The notes below the pieces were generated by a model. It was not told where the DNA came from, did not search any database, and saw only the letters and a list, made by a program, of their open reading frames with translations. Both the position numbers and the translations under genes were made by a program. 39,223 bases of DNA from Bdellovibrionota bacterium (GTDB lineage: Bacteria > Bdellovibrionota_C > UBA2361). How positions within the stretch are numbered: position 1 is the stretch's first letter; each line of letters starts with the position of its first letter. The stretch covers positions 1-39,223 of the forward strand of contig JBILDU010000014.1 of the NCBI GenBank assembly GCA_044352465.1, given 5' to 3'. Below, piece by piece: positions 18,038-26,739 of the stretch.

Positions 18038-19186
18038 TTAAGATGAACTCGCTTCAGCCGGGGAGGTATTCCACCGCGCCTTCTCGCGTCGATAGAACTC
18101 GGCATAAGTTCCGGCTGCGATAGCCTCTCGAATTGCCCCCATAAGCTCAAGGTAGTGGGTCAGATTGTGTACGCTGACGAGCTGCGGCCCCAACATTTCA
18201 CCCACCCTAAAGAGATGATTGATGTATCCGCGCGGGTAGTTCCGGCACGCCACACACCGACACGTTGGGTCTAAGGGAGAAGGATCTGTCACGAACTGCG
18301 CGTTCTTGATGTTGAGCTGCACCTCCTCTCCCCGGACGAACGCCCTACCAAAACGACCTGCCCGCGTGGGCATGACGCAATCAAACAGATCAATTCCCCG
18401 GTACACCGCCTCAACGATATCCTCAGGGGTACCGACTCCCATGAGATAACGAATCTTACCGTCGGGCAGTTGCGCGGGATGGTAAGCAAGAACCCCGAAC
18501 ATATCCTCTTTCTTTTCCCCCACGCTGAGCCCACCGACGGCGTAGCCATCGAAATCGAGCTCGGCGAGCTTTTGAGCGGCGTACTCACGGAGGTGCGGAA
18601 AGAGTCCCCCTTGGGTTATGCCAAAGATGGCTGTGTTGTCATGCCGCCGCGCCTCGAGCGACCGCTTCGCCCAGCGAAGCGTCATCTCGAGTGAGCGCCG
18701 AATCGCCTCTTCGTCTTGCCCGGCTTTTGGGCATTCATCGAGCACCATTGCGATGTCGACCCCGAGCTCCTCTTGAATCTGGATCGAGATCTCGGGGCTC
18801 AGAAAGCATTTCGCGCCGTCGATATGGGAACGGAACTCGACCCCCTTCTCGCTCAGTGTCCGCATTCCCTCCAAACTAAAAACCTGAAAACCACCGCTAT
18901 CACTCAACACCGGCCCCGACCAATTCATGAAGCGATGAATATCGCCGAGAGCCCGCACCACGCTCGGTCCGGGGCGAAGCCAGAGATGATAGGTATTCAC
19001 CAACGTTATCTGCGCCCCCAGCTCCCGTAAACGCTCGCAGTCAACCCCTTTGACCGAGCCACGGGTTCCTACCGGCATAAAGTTGGGGGTATCAAACGCT
19101 CCGTGAGCGGTGCGATAGGAACCACGGCGGGCGCTCCCATCGCGCTGGAGAACGGTAAATGTCTTGATTGGTCCAACGTCGTTCAT
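18038..19186 (-). CDS. tgt: tRNA guanosine(34) transglycosylase
   Basis: FMPVGT, NTYHL, DSGGFQ, DECP, GGLSVGE, DCVMPTR, Zn site CRCVAC...H. Confidence 0.98.
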   Translation of the reverse strand: MNDVGPIKTFTVLQRDGSARRGSYRTAHGAFDTPNFMPVGTRGSVKGVDCERLRELGAQITLVNTYHLWLRPGPSVVRALGDIHRFMNWSGPVLSDSGGFQVFSLEGMRTLSEKGVEFRSHIDGAKCFLSPEISIQIQEELGVDIAMVLDECPKAGQDEEAIRRSLEMTLRWAKRSLEARRHDNTAIFGITQGGLFPHLREYAAQKLAELDFDGYAVGGLSVGEKKEDMFGVLAYHPAQLPDGKIRYLMGVGTPEDIVEAVYRGIDLFDCVMPTRAGRFGRAFVRGEEVQLNIKNAQFVTDPSPLDPTCRCVACRNYPRGYINHLFRVGEMLGPQLVSVHNLTHYLELMGAIREAIAAGTYAEFYRREKARWNTSPAEASSS

Positions 19187-19307
19187 GTACGGACGATATC
19201 ACGAGAGCTTAAGGAATAACATTCGCTACCGGGGCCTCGCTTCACACGCCACCACATCACGACACAGACTTACCGCCGGGACAGTTCGCTCCTGCGGTGA
19301 ACAGAGC

Positions 19308-20399
19308 TTACCCCCCAACCAGCATTCCGTCGCCGTAACTAAAGAAGCGGTAATCGCGCTTCAGTGCGAGCTGATACAATTGGTCAAGCGTGGTCGCTCC
19401 GATAAAAGCCTCCACGAGGAGGAGGTGGGTTGAGCGGGGTTGATGAAAGTTCGTCACCATTCGATCGATCGTTCTAAACTCGAACCCCGGTCGGATGAAG
19501 AGGTTGGTCGAATACCACTCGCCATCCCCTCCGTCGTCATTCCGCACCATGCTCTCGAGCGCCCGCACCACCGTCGTGCCGACCGCGATAACCCGCCCCC
19601 CGCGTCGCCGGCAGGCAACGATGTTTTCGAGCGCTTCGCGGCTGAATCGGTACAGCTCGCCCCCCGGGGGAACGATCTCGGGTGTGCCCACCTCCTCGTT
19701 CCATACCGCGGTGAAACTTGGTGCCCCAACATGTAACGTCACATACTGGAAGCCGCACCCGACCCCCTGAATCCGCGCAAGGAGATCCGGCGTAAAATGC
19801 AAGCTCGCCGTCGGTGCGGCAACCGAACCTTCGACCTTCGCGAAACTGGCCTGATAGTCACGCCGGTCCTCATCATCGCCGCGCCCACCCCGTATGTAGG
19901 GGGGAACCGGCATAACTCCCACCCGTCGTATCAACTCTCCCACCTCTTTGAGGGAAAGGCGGGGGTCCTCCGCTCCGAAGCGCACCACAACACGGTGCTC
20001 CGCGGGGCGATCGATTACCGTCGCCGTGAGCCCCTCGGGAAAAGCAAGGCGCCCCCCGGCCCTCATCTTTTTTAACGGCTTGCCGAGACACACCCATTCG
20101 TTCTCGCCGCGATGCTCCAAGAGCAGGAGCTCGGCCGCCCCGCCGGTTTGAAGGTTCCCGAAAAGCCGCGCCGGGATAACCCGACTGTCGTTAAACACGA
20201 AAAGATCGCGCGGATCTAAAAACTCAACGATATCCCAGAACGATCGCTCCACGACCGCTCCGTTTGTGTGCACCATGAGTTTGGCGGCGTGATAGGGCCT
20301 GACCGGCCGTTGGGCTATCCGCTCGACCGGCAGTTCAAAGTCGTACGGCCTGTCGGCAAGCGGCGATTGAGCCGGGTCAAGTCCTGAGAGCTCTCTCAC
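19308..20399 (-). CDS. queA: S-adenosylmethionine:tRNA ribosyltransferase-isomerase
   Basis: RIAQRP, VIPARL, PPYI, AAPTASLHF, VGTTVVRALES, TNFHQPRST, FSYGDGM. Confidence 0.97.
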   Translation of the reverse strand: MRELSGLDPAQSPLADRPYDFELPVERIAQRPVRPYHAAKLMVHTNGAVVERSFWDIVEFLDPRDLFVFNDSRVIPARLFGNLQTGGAAELLLLEHRGENEWVCLGKPLKKMRAGGRLAFPEGLTATVIDRPAEHRVVVRFGAEDPRLSLKEVGELIRRVGVMPVPPYIRGGRGDDEDRRDYQASFAKVEGSVAAPTASLHFTPDLLARIQGVGCGFQYVTLHVGAPSFTAVWNEEVGTPEIVPPGGELYRFSREALENIVACRRRGGRVIAVGTTVVRALESMVRNDDGGDGEWYSTNLFIRPGFEFRTIDRMVTNFHQPRSTHLLLVEAFIGATTLDQLYQLALKRDYRFFSYGDGMLVGG

Positions 20400-20514
20400 G
20401 TGAGGAGTGCCTCTTTAAAGCGGATTAAAAAATGGGCGACGACCGACCTCTACTTCGGTCCATCTTTCACTCGGGCCCCATCGCTTCATCAGCTTACCGA
20501 AGACCGCTCCCGTT

Positions 20515-21261
20515 TTACCCGTTTGAGCGACGCCGAAAGAGCTCCCCCATCTCGATCGGGACAGGGAACAAGATCGTTGAATTGTGTTCAGCCGAGATAT
20601 CCCGCAACGTCTCGAGGTAACGCAGCTGCAGAGTCGCCGTGTTCTGCGTCATTATCTGGGCCGCAGCGGTGAGTTTCTCAGCCGCTTGATATTCACCCTC
20701 GGCCTTGATGATCTTCGCCCGACGCTCACGCTCCGCCTCAGCTTGTTTCGCCATGGCACGCTGCATCTCCTGGGGCAGATCGATATGCTTAATCTCCACC
20801 ATACTTACTTTCACTCCCCACGGGTCGGTACGGCTGTCGATGATATCTTGGATCCGTAGGTTGAGCTTCTCACGCTCGGCGAGGATATCATCGAGCTCTG
20901 CCTCACCGCAGACACTTCGAAGCGTCGTCTGAGCCAATTGATTCGTCGCAAAGAGGTAGTTCTCAACCTGGACGATGGCCTTGGAGGGGTCGAGCGCACG
21001 GAAATAGAGAACCGCATTTACCTTAATCGACACGTTATCTTTCGTAATAACGTCTTGAGCGGGAATATCCATCGTAATGGTGCGTTGATCCACCCGGATA
21101 ATCTTCTCAACGAAGGGAATGATTAAGACGAGCCCAGGACCGCGCAGCCCTGCGAGGCGCCCGAGGAAAAAGACAACCCCCCGTTCGTATTCCTGCAACA
21201 CGTGCACGGCGCTTTTCAGTACGACCAGCAGAAGAACGATCCCAACGATAATTATGTTCAT
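20515..21261 (-). CDS. SPFH/stomatin (slipin) family protein
   Basis: N-terminal [48 protein letters not shown]. Confidence 0.95.
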   Translation of the reverse strand: MNIIIVGIVLLLVVLKSAVHVLQEYERGVVFFLGRLAGLRGPGLVLIIPFVEKIIRVDQRTITMDIPAQDVITKDNVSIKVNAVLYFRALDPSKAIVQVENYLFATNQLAQTTLRSVCGEAELDDILAEREKLNLRIQDIIDSRTDPWGVKVSMVEIKHIDLPQEMQRAMAKQAEAERERRAKIIKAEGEYQAAEKLTAAAQIMTQNTATLQLRYLETLRDISAEHNSTILFPVPIEMGELFRRRSNG

Positions 21262-21285
21262 AACCAGACTCCTCTTACGCTTACG

Positions 21286-22596
21286 CTAGACCTTTTTTAC
21301 TTCGACGGTGAGATGGTCGACAACCCTCACTATCTCTATCGGAGCATCTTTTTCAACGAGGCCCTCAGCAACTGCGGCGCGCCAAATCTCCCCGTTCACA
21401 AAAACTCGCCCCTCCGTCGTAAAATTCTCGAGCGCCGTCCCCCGCTGACCCACAAGCCCCGTAGCTCCGGTAATGACCCGGCGACGGAGGCTCTTTACCG
21501 CGAGTCCCGCGACCAGCAACATCAACGCTCCCAGGAGAACAACCGGGGGAAGCACCACCCACGGGTCTACCGCCAAGCCCGGCGCCGCACCAGCGTCGAT
21601 AAGATAAAGCGCACCGAGCGCGAGCGCAACGATACCACCGATCCCCAGAATAAGGCTCGGGAAAAACATCTCAGCTCCGATAAGAACAGCCCCTACTACC
21701 AGAAGAGCTATCGCGCCCATGTTCATGGGGATAATCTGACTCACCGCCAAGGCGAGGATGAGACAGATGACCCCCACGACCCCCGGAACGATCGCTCCGG
21801 GACTATACAACTCGATCGAGAGCCCCGTGGTAGCACCGAGCCACAAAAGTGCGGCAACGTTTGGATGAGCAAAGATGTTGACGATCCGATCGCGGAGCTC
21901 CATCTCGTAGACGATCAGCGGCAGCGCCGAGTAATCACCGAGTTCAACGATTCTTTGGTCCGCCATCTTCACCTTCCGCCCCTTAATTTTCTGGAGGAGC
22001 TCAGGGATATCCTTGGCCACGACATCGATGACGCCGAGCGTCAGCGCTTCACCCTCCGCCACCGAGACGCTCTCCCGCACCGCCTTCTCCGCCCAGGCAG
22101 CGTTCCGGCCGCGCTGCTCCGCCACCGACTTGACGAGAGCAACGGTCATATTTTCCGCCTTCGCGCGCATATCGCCTTCGATATCTTTACCATCTCCGGC
22201 GACGGGATGGGCCGCACCGATACTGGTACCGGGAGCCATCGCCGCGACGTGTCCGGCCAGGGTAACAAACACCCCTGCAGAAGTAGCGGTACCCCCCGAT
22301 GGAGACACATACATGACGATCGGGATCGGGGATCCGAGGATCGTCTGAATCATCGCCTGACTCGTATCGAGAAGACCCCCCGGAGTATTGAGGCGGACGA
22401 TTAATAACGACGCATTCTCACTCCGGGCACGCTCGATGGCGTTGGTGAGGTGGCTCGCCGTACCGGGAAGGATCAACATCTCCATATCGATGACCGCCAC
22501 TGTCGGTGCCGACTGCGCGACCGTCGGTGCCACCCCCCAGACGAAGAGGTGTACAAATATGTATAAGGTGACCGCCCAACATCGCCGCAACATCAT
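21286..22596 (-). CDS. nfeD: NfeD long-form membrane-bound serine protease
   Basis: LNTPGG, ATSAG, MAPGTSIGAAHP, TM core, C-terminal OB-fold GEIWRA; adjacent to stomatin gene. Confidence 0.93.
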   Translation of the reverse strand: MMLRRCWAVTLYIFVHLFVWGVAPTVAQSAPTVAVIDMEMLILPGTASHLTNAIERARSENASLLIVRLNTPGGLLDTSQAMIQTILGSPIPIVMYVSPSGGTATSAGVFVTLAGHVAAMAPGTSIGAAHPVAGDGKDIEGDMRAKAENMTVALVKSVAEQRGRNAAWAEKAVRESVSVAEGEALTLGVIDVVAKDIPELLQKIKGRKVKMADQRIVELGDYSALPLIVYEMELRDRIVNIFAHPNVAALLWLGATTGLSIELYSPGAIVPGVVGVICLILALAVSQIIPMNMGAIALLVVGAVLIGAEMFFPSLILGIGGIVALALGALYLIDAGAAPGLAVDPWVVLPPVVLLGALMLLVAGLAVKSLRRRVITGATGLVGQRGTALENFTTEGRVFVNGEIWRAAVAEGLVEKDAPIEIVRVVDHLTVEVKKV

Positions 22597-23132
22597 CTTC
22601 CCCCTTCAACGAGCTCAAGCTTTCGCAGCACGGTTTGTAGATCGTTCCAAAAGAGCCGCTTTTGGCCCGGCTCCGCCAACACGGCGCTCAGTTCTAATGT
22701 CGTAAGCCATGGGCTTCCATTGAGCTCCCCCCACGTTGAGCATTCACCCGGTAATCCGAGGAGACTCGCGGCCCGGGTTCCCAGAGCGATCCCGACACTC
22801 GGCAAAAGCCTTGGCAGCACCCCAACCAGGTCGCTCGAGGTCACCGCGGCGCTGATGGTCACAAAACCTATCGTCGCCGGATCGCGGCGGAGGCCCTTCG
22901 AAATCGCAGCATCGAGAAGCGCCCCCGTGCTCCCCTGCACGAGCGAACCGCTCTCATCAGCAAACCCGAGAAAGAGTAGTGGGCCATCGAGAGGCCCGTG
23001 TATCTGAAAAGGGGGCACGCCGCCCTCAGGCGTCGGCGTGACACCTCCCCCTACCTCTCGTGGGATCCCCCCCGGATAGTTCGGTCCCACCGAGTCGAAA
23101 AATGCAAGGATCTCTGAAGCCGAAACTATCAC
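22593..23132 (-). CDS. Degenerate family-4 uracil-DNA glycosylase-like protein
   Basis: Likely GTG start at 23132 after GGAGAGG. GALLDAAI, IALGTRAA and KRLFWNDL resemble the UDG-F4 scaffold; follows coaBC; catalytic motifs absent. Confidence 0.6.
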   Translation of the reverse strand: MIVSASEILAFFDSVGPNYPGGIPREVGGGVTPTPEGGVPPFQIHGPLDGPLLFLGFADESGSLVQGSTGALLDAAISKGLRRDPATIGFVTISAAVTSSDLVGVLPRLLPSVGIALGTRAASLLGLPGECSTWGELNGSPWLTTLELSAVLAEPGQKRLFWNDLQTVLRKLELVEGGR

Positions 23133-23155
23133 CGCAATCTTCCTCTCCTGGGGGG

Positions 23156-24382
23156 TTACTCGAGCCGTAAAACCGCATCGAGGATGCGATTCGCCACCCG
23201 GCCTTTGAAAGTCGTGGCGATCTCGTCTTGGCGACCGTTGCGATCGACGAGCCACACCCGATTGGTATCGAGGTCAAACGCATCGGCCGCGAGATTTCCA
23301 ACGATCATATCCGCGTTCTTCCGTTTGAGCTTATCCCGTACCTGCACGAGGAGCTCATCGAGTTCACCTGTCTCCACCGCGAAGCCGACGAGAATCGGTT
23401 TGCGCACCTCCCCGCGCCTCTCCCCGAGCTCCGACAAAATATCACGGGTCGAGATCAACTCGAGGGGGGCTGGTGCAAGGCCGCTCTTCTTCATCTTCGT
23501 CGGCGCCATTTGGGTCGGCTTGAAATCAGCGACCGCTGCGGCCATGATGACGATATCGGGAGACTCTTCGCCGTTAAACACCCGGGCCATCACCGCCTGA
23601 AACATCTCCTCCGCAGTTGTTACCGGTAGACATTCGACCAAGCTGGGAACCTTCACGGGGGCCGGACCATGCACTAACGTCACGTGTGCACCCCTGCGAA
23701 AAGCCTCACGAGCGAGCGCCGTTCCCATCTTTCCGCTCGAACGATTCGACAAAAAGCGCACCGGGTCGAGCGGTTCACGGGTTGGTCCCGTGGTTATCAA
23801 CACCCGTTTCCCCGAAAGGTCCTGAGTCGAAACGACTCTGCGGACATGCTGGAATATCTCCTCGGGGTCAGCCAGCCGACCGGTGCCGTTCCAACCACAC
23901 GCAAGCGCCCCCTCCTCCGGCTCAACAAAGGCAACCCCCCGCTTCCGTAGGAGAGCGATGTTTTCTTGGGTGGCTGGATGTTCGAACATATTCACATTCA
24001 TCGCGGGGGCGACGAGGAGCGGCGCCCGCGTGGCGAGCGCCATCGCCAAGAGCGAGTTTTCGGCAAATCCTGCGGCAAGCTTTGCGATCGTATCGGCGGT
24101 CGCGGGCGCTACAACCATTGCATCAGCCCAATCGGCGAGATGAATATGCCCGATCCCTTTAACGGAGGACTCCTCCCAGAGAGAGAGCGCCACAGGATGA
24201 CCGGTTACCGACTGAAGGGTCAGCGGGGTAATAAACTCGGTGGCCGCCGGCGTCATCACCACGCGAACCTCGTAACCCCGCGAGACGAGCAAGCGCGCGA
24301 GCTCGGCGCTCTTGTAGGCAGCTATCGACCCGCTTACTCCGAGCAAGACTCGGCGTTTCTCCGTTGTCATTTGATCGACCAT
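23156..24382 (-). CDS. coaBC: Bifunctional phosphopantothenoylcysteine decarboxylase / phosphopantothenate-cysteine ligase
   Basis: GSIAAYK, APATAD, PAMN, LACG..G.GR, GPTREPLDPVRFLSNRSSGKMG, AAVADF. Confidence 0.98.
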   Translation of the reverse strand: MVDQMTTEKRRVLLGVSGSIAAYKSAELARLLVSRGYEVRVVMTPAATEFITPLTLQSVTGHPVALSLWEESSVKGIGHIHLADWADAMVVAPATADTIAKLAAGFAENSLLAMALATRAPLLVAPAMNVNMFEHPATQENIALLRKRGVAFVEPEEGALACGWNGTGRLADPEEIFQHVRRVVSTQDLSGKRVLITTGPTREPLDPVRFLSNRSSGKMGTALAREAFRRGAHVTLVHGPAPVKVPSLVECLPVTTAEEMFQAVMARVFNGEESPDIVIMAAAVADFKPTQMAPTKMKKSGLAPAPLELISTRDILSELGERRGEVRKPILVGFAVETGELDELLVQVRDKLKRKNADMIVGNLAADAFDLDTNRVWLVDRNGRQDEIATTFKGRVANRILDAVLRLE

Positions 24383-24473
24383 AGTTCTTGATCCTTGATT
24401 CCGATTTTCAAGCTCTGCGCTTCCCCGGGGAGCCTTATCCGCCTGAGTGCCTTACCCGGGCGCATTGGACTGA

Positions 24474-25118
24474 TTACTCAGCGACAAGAAACGGGTTACT
24501 CCGAGCCTCGATGCCGATCGCAGTCTCCGGTCCGTGCCCCGGCAGGACTCGGGTATCCAGCGGTAGCTTCAAGAGGACCCCCTTAATACTCGCCATAAGC
24601 ACGTCGAGATCGCCACCCGGCAGATCGGTTCGACCGATCGAGCCTTGAAACAGGGTATCCCCCGCCACCAACACCCGATTGGATCGGTTGTAAAAACAGA
24701 GATGACCCGGCGAGTGGCCTGGGGTGAATAGCACCTCAAAGGTCGCCTCCCCGACCGTGAGGGTCTCTCCACCGGTCAACATCGTATCCGGCTCCGGGCA
24801 ATTTTGTAGGTCGCTCCCCGGCAATCCGTACATCGCCGCGATATCCACGACCCGACTTCGAAACTCCGCCTCGCCGGGATGACCGAGAACGCGCGCACCG
24901 GTCACCTCTTTGAGCCGTCGTACTCCACCGCAGTGGTCAAGATGGGAGTGAGTAAGCCATATCTCCTCACAACGAAGTTGACGTTTCGCAAGCTCGTGGA
25001 GGATCTGATCGACATCGCCACCCGGATCGACCACGACCGCCGTGCCGCTCCCCGGCTCAAAGAGGATCCGGGAATTTTGCATGAACGGGGTGACAACGCA
25101 GGTGAGAATTTCCAACAT
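24474..25118 (-). CDS. MBL-fold metallo-hydrolase (glyoxalase II / YcbL-like)
   Basis: DPGG, THSHLDH, TPGHSPG, GDTLFQGSIGRTD, PGHG. Confidence 0.93.
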   Translation of the reverse strand: MLEILTCVVTPFMQNSRILFEPGSGTAVVVDPGGDVDQILHELAKRQLRCEEIWLTHSHLDHCGGVRRLKEVTGARVLGHPGEAEFRSRVVDIAAMYGLPGSDLQNCPEPDTMLTGGETLTVGEATFEVLFTPGHSPGHLCFYNRSNRVLVAGDTLFQGSIGRTDLPGGDLDVLMASIKGVLLKLPLDTRVLPGHGPETAIGIEARSNPFLVAE

Positions 25119-25201
25119 AGCCCCCTATCGTCGCAAAAATAACGAAAAGTTTCAATAAATTAAGCCATCCCATGAAGCAACAAGGGGAGCTAAAAAAGTC
25201 T

Positions 25202-25228
25202 TAATAAACCCCGCGGTTCCGCCGACTT
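25202..25228 (+). promoter_or_regulatory. Possible sigma28-type promoter
   Basis: TAAT-N15-GCCGACTT, correct spacing, about 46 nt upstream of the HDOD-like gene. Confidence 0.4.
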
Positions 25229-25274
25229 ATACGAGTGGAGCGAACCGAGGGAAATTAAGGAACGACACCGGCGC

Positions 25275-26711
25275 ATGCAATCGAACTCGCAACCCCTGAC
25301 CCGACGGGGGCACCTGAACCTCGCGGCAGATTTCGCCGCCGACGCTTGGTTCCCTGGCGACCGGGGTGTTGCGACTGAAGCTGCCTCCATCATCACCGCC
25401 CAGCCCGAGTCATTCGATCGTGAAAAGCTCATCACGACCGTCAAAGCCGACTTCTCTGTGTTTGCTTACACCGCTCTCAACCTCTCCCGAAAAGCTCGCC
25501 TCAACCAGACCGCTGAGCTCCTCGACGACGCTCCGGTCGAACTTATCCGGAAGGCCTCCGTCGCGGATCTCTCCGAGGTGCTCCGCCACGCGGCGGCGCG
25601 ATGCGGCGGTATGCCGAACGGCGTTGACATCAACTTCAATAATCTCCGGATTCGCCACGCCATCGTCAGCGCCTCAAGCGCCGAGCTCCTCGCTCAAAGC
25701 TTCGACGTCGACCCCCAGATGGCCTATACATGTGCGCTCTTTCGACAGATCGGCTCCGCACTCATCGCCTGGAACTATCCCCAAGCATGGCGCCGCGCAC
25801 TCACCCTTGTGCGCGAAGATACACCGATCGATTCGATCATCGGAAAGATCCTCGGCTTCACCCCAAGCCTCCTCGGTCTCACAATCGCTCACCGCTGGGG
25901 CATCGCCCCCGAGCTTCTGCGGGGCATGGGAGATACAACCATCTACAACCGAGCCAAAGAGAGCGCCGTACTGAATGGCGAGCGTCTGCAAGAGCTTTGC
26001 ACGCTCGGCGAAACGATCGCTCAGGCTACCGAACCGGCAGCCTATCCCGCGGCCGTGAAGATGTGGCCGCAGGTTCGGGCGACGGTTGAACGTCGCGTCG
26101 GACCCGATGCCTTCGCGCGACTGCGCGATTCGCTCGCCTACAATGCGCGGGTCTACCTCGCAGTAGAGCCTCCGATATTTAAGCTCCCCCTCGAGCTCCT
26201 CGAGCCATCCGGTGACACAAGCCCCCGCGCCCCCACCTCACGCTTCGGGAGTAATCTTTTTGCGCAGCGGTGCCCTGAACCGCTCCAGGCGTTGTTCCGC
26301 GACCTCTACGTTTCGATCGATCGGGGAGCTCGAGAGTCAGCTCTTACTGCTCTGATGAACTCAATCGCCCCAACCGCTGGATTTAAGGGCGGGTGCGTCT
26401 TCATCCACGAGGCCGACACCGATCTTCTGAAACCTCGTTTCACCGCGGGAGATCTCCGCCCTGTGGACTATCCGACGTTCCGTTTACGCGGGGAAGCCGC
26501 AGATCCGGTAACGGTGACTTTCCTACGTGTTTCATCCCACGAGCCGCTGCGCGATGGCAGCTCGATCACCGGCGCGCTCGGGGAGACCCCCCATGCCGGA
26601 GTACTCAAACTAGTTGCCGGCCCCGAACTACGCGCGCTGCCGAGCGCCGAAATCGACTTGCTGTTCCGTGCGTTTCGTCGGGCCCTTGAAGATTGTCTTG
26701 AGCTCACCTGA
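25275..26711 (+). CDS. Divergent HDOD-domain protein with GAF-like C-terminal region
   Basis: HDOD-type pattern HAIVSASSAELLA...AYTCALFRQIG...ILGFTPSLLG...RWGIA; C-terminal FKGGCVFIHEAD...LKPR resembles GAF strands. Confidence 0.7.
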   Translation: MQSNSQPLTRRGHLNLAADFAADAWFPGDRGVATEAASIITAQPESFDREKLITTVKADFSVFAYTALNLSRKARLNQTAELLDDAPVELIRKASVADLSEVLRHAAARCGGMPNGVDINFNNLRIRHAIVSASSAELLAQSFDVDPQMAYTCALFRQIGSALIAWNYPQAWRRALTLVREDTPIDSIIGKILGFTPSLLGLTIAHRWGIAPELLRGMGDTTIYNRAKESAVLNGERLQELCTLGETIAQATEPAAYPAAVKMWPQVRATVERRVGPDAFARLRDSLAYNARVYLAVEPPIFKLPLELLEPSGDTSPRAPTSRFGSNLFAQRCPEPLQALFRDLYVSIDRGARESALTALMNSIAPTAGFKGGCVFIHEADTDLLKPRFTAGDLRPVDYPTFRLRGEAADPVTVTFLRVSSHEPLRDGSSITGALGETPHAGVLKLVAGPELRALPSAEIDLLFRAFRRALEDCLELT

Positions 26712-26739
26712 ACTATGGGACAGCGCACGGCGCTTGCCC

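Noticed and set aside
21202..22404. 400-aa plus-strand ORF
   Set aside because: Antisense shadow of nfeD; Arg/His-rich composition typical of reverse frames of GC-rich membrane-protein genes.
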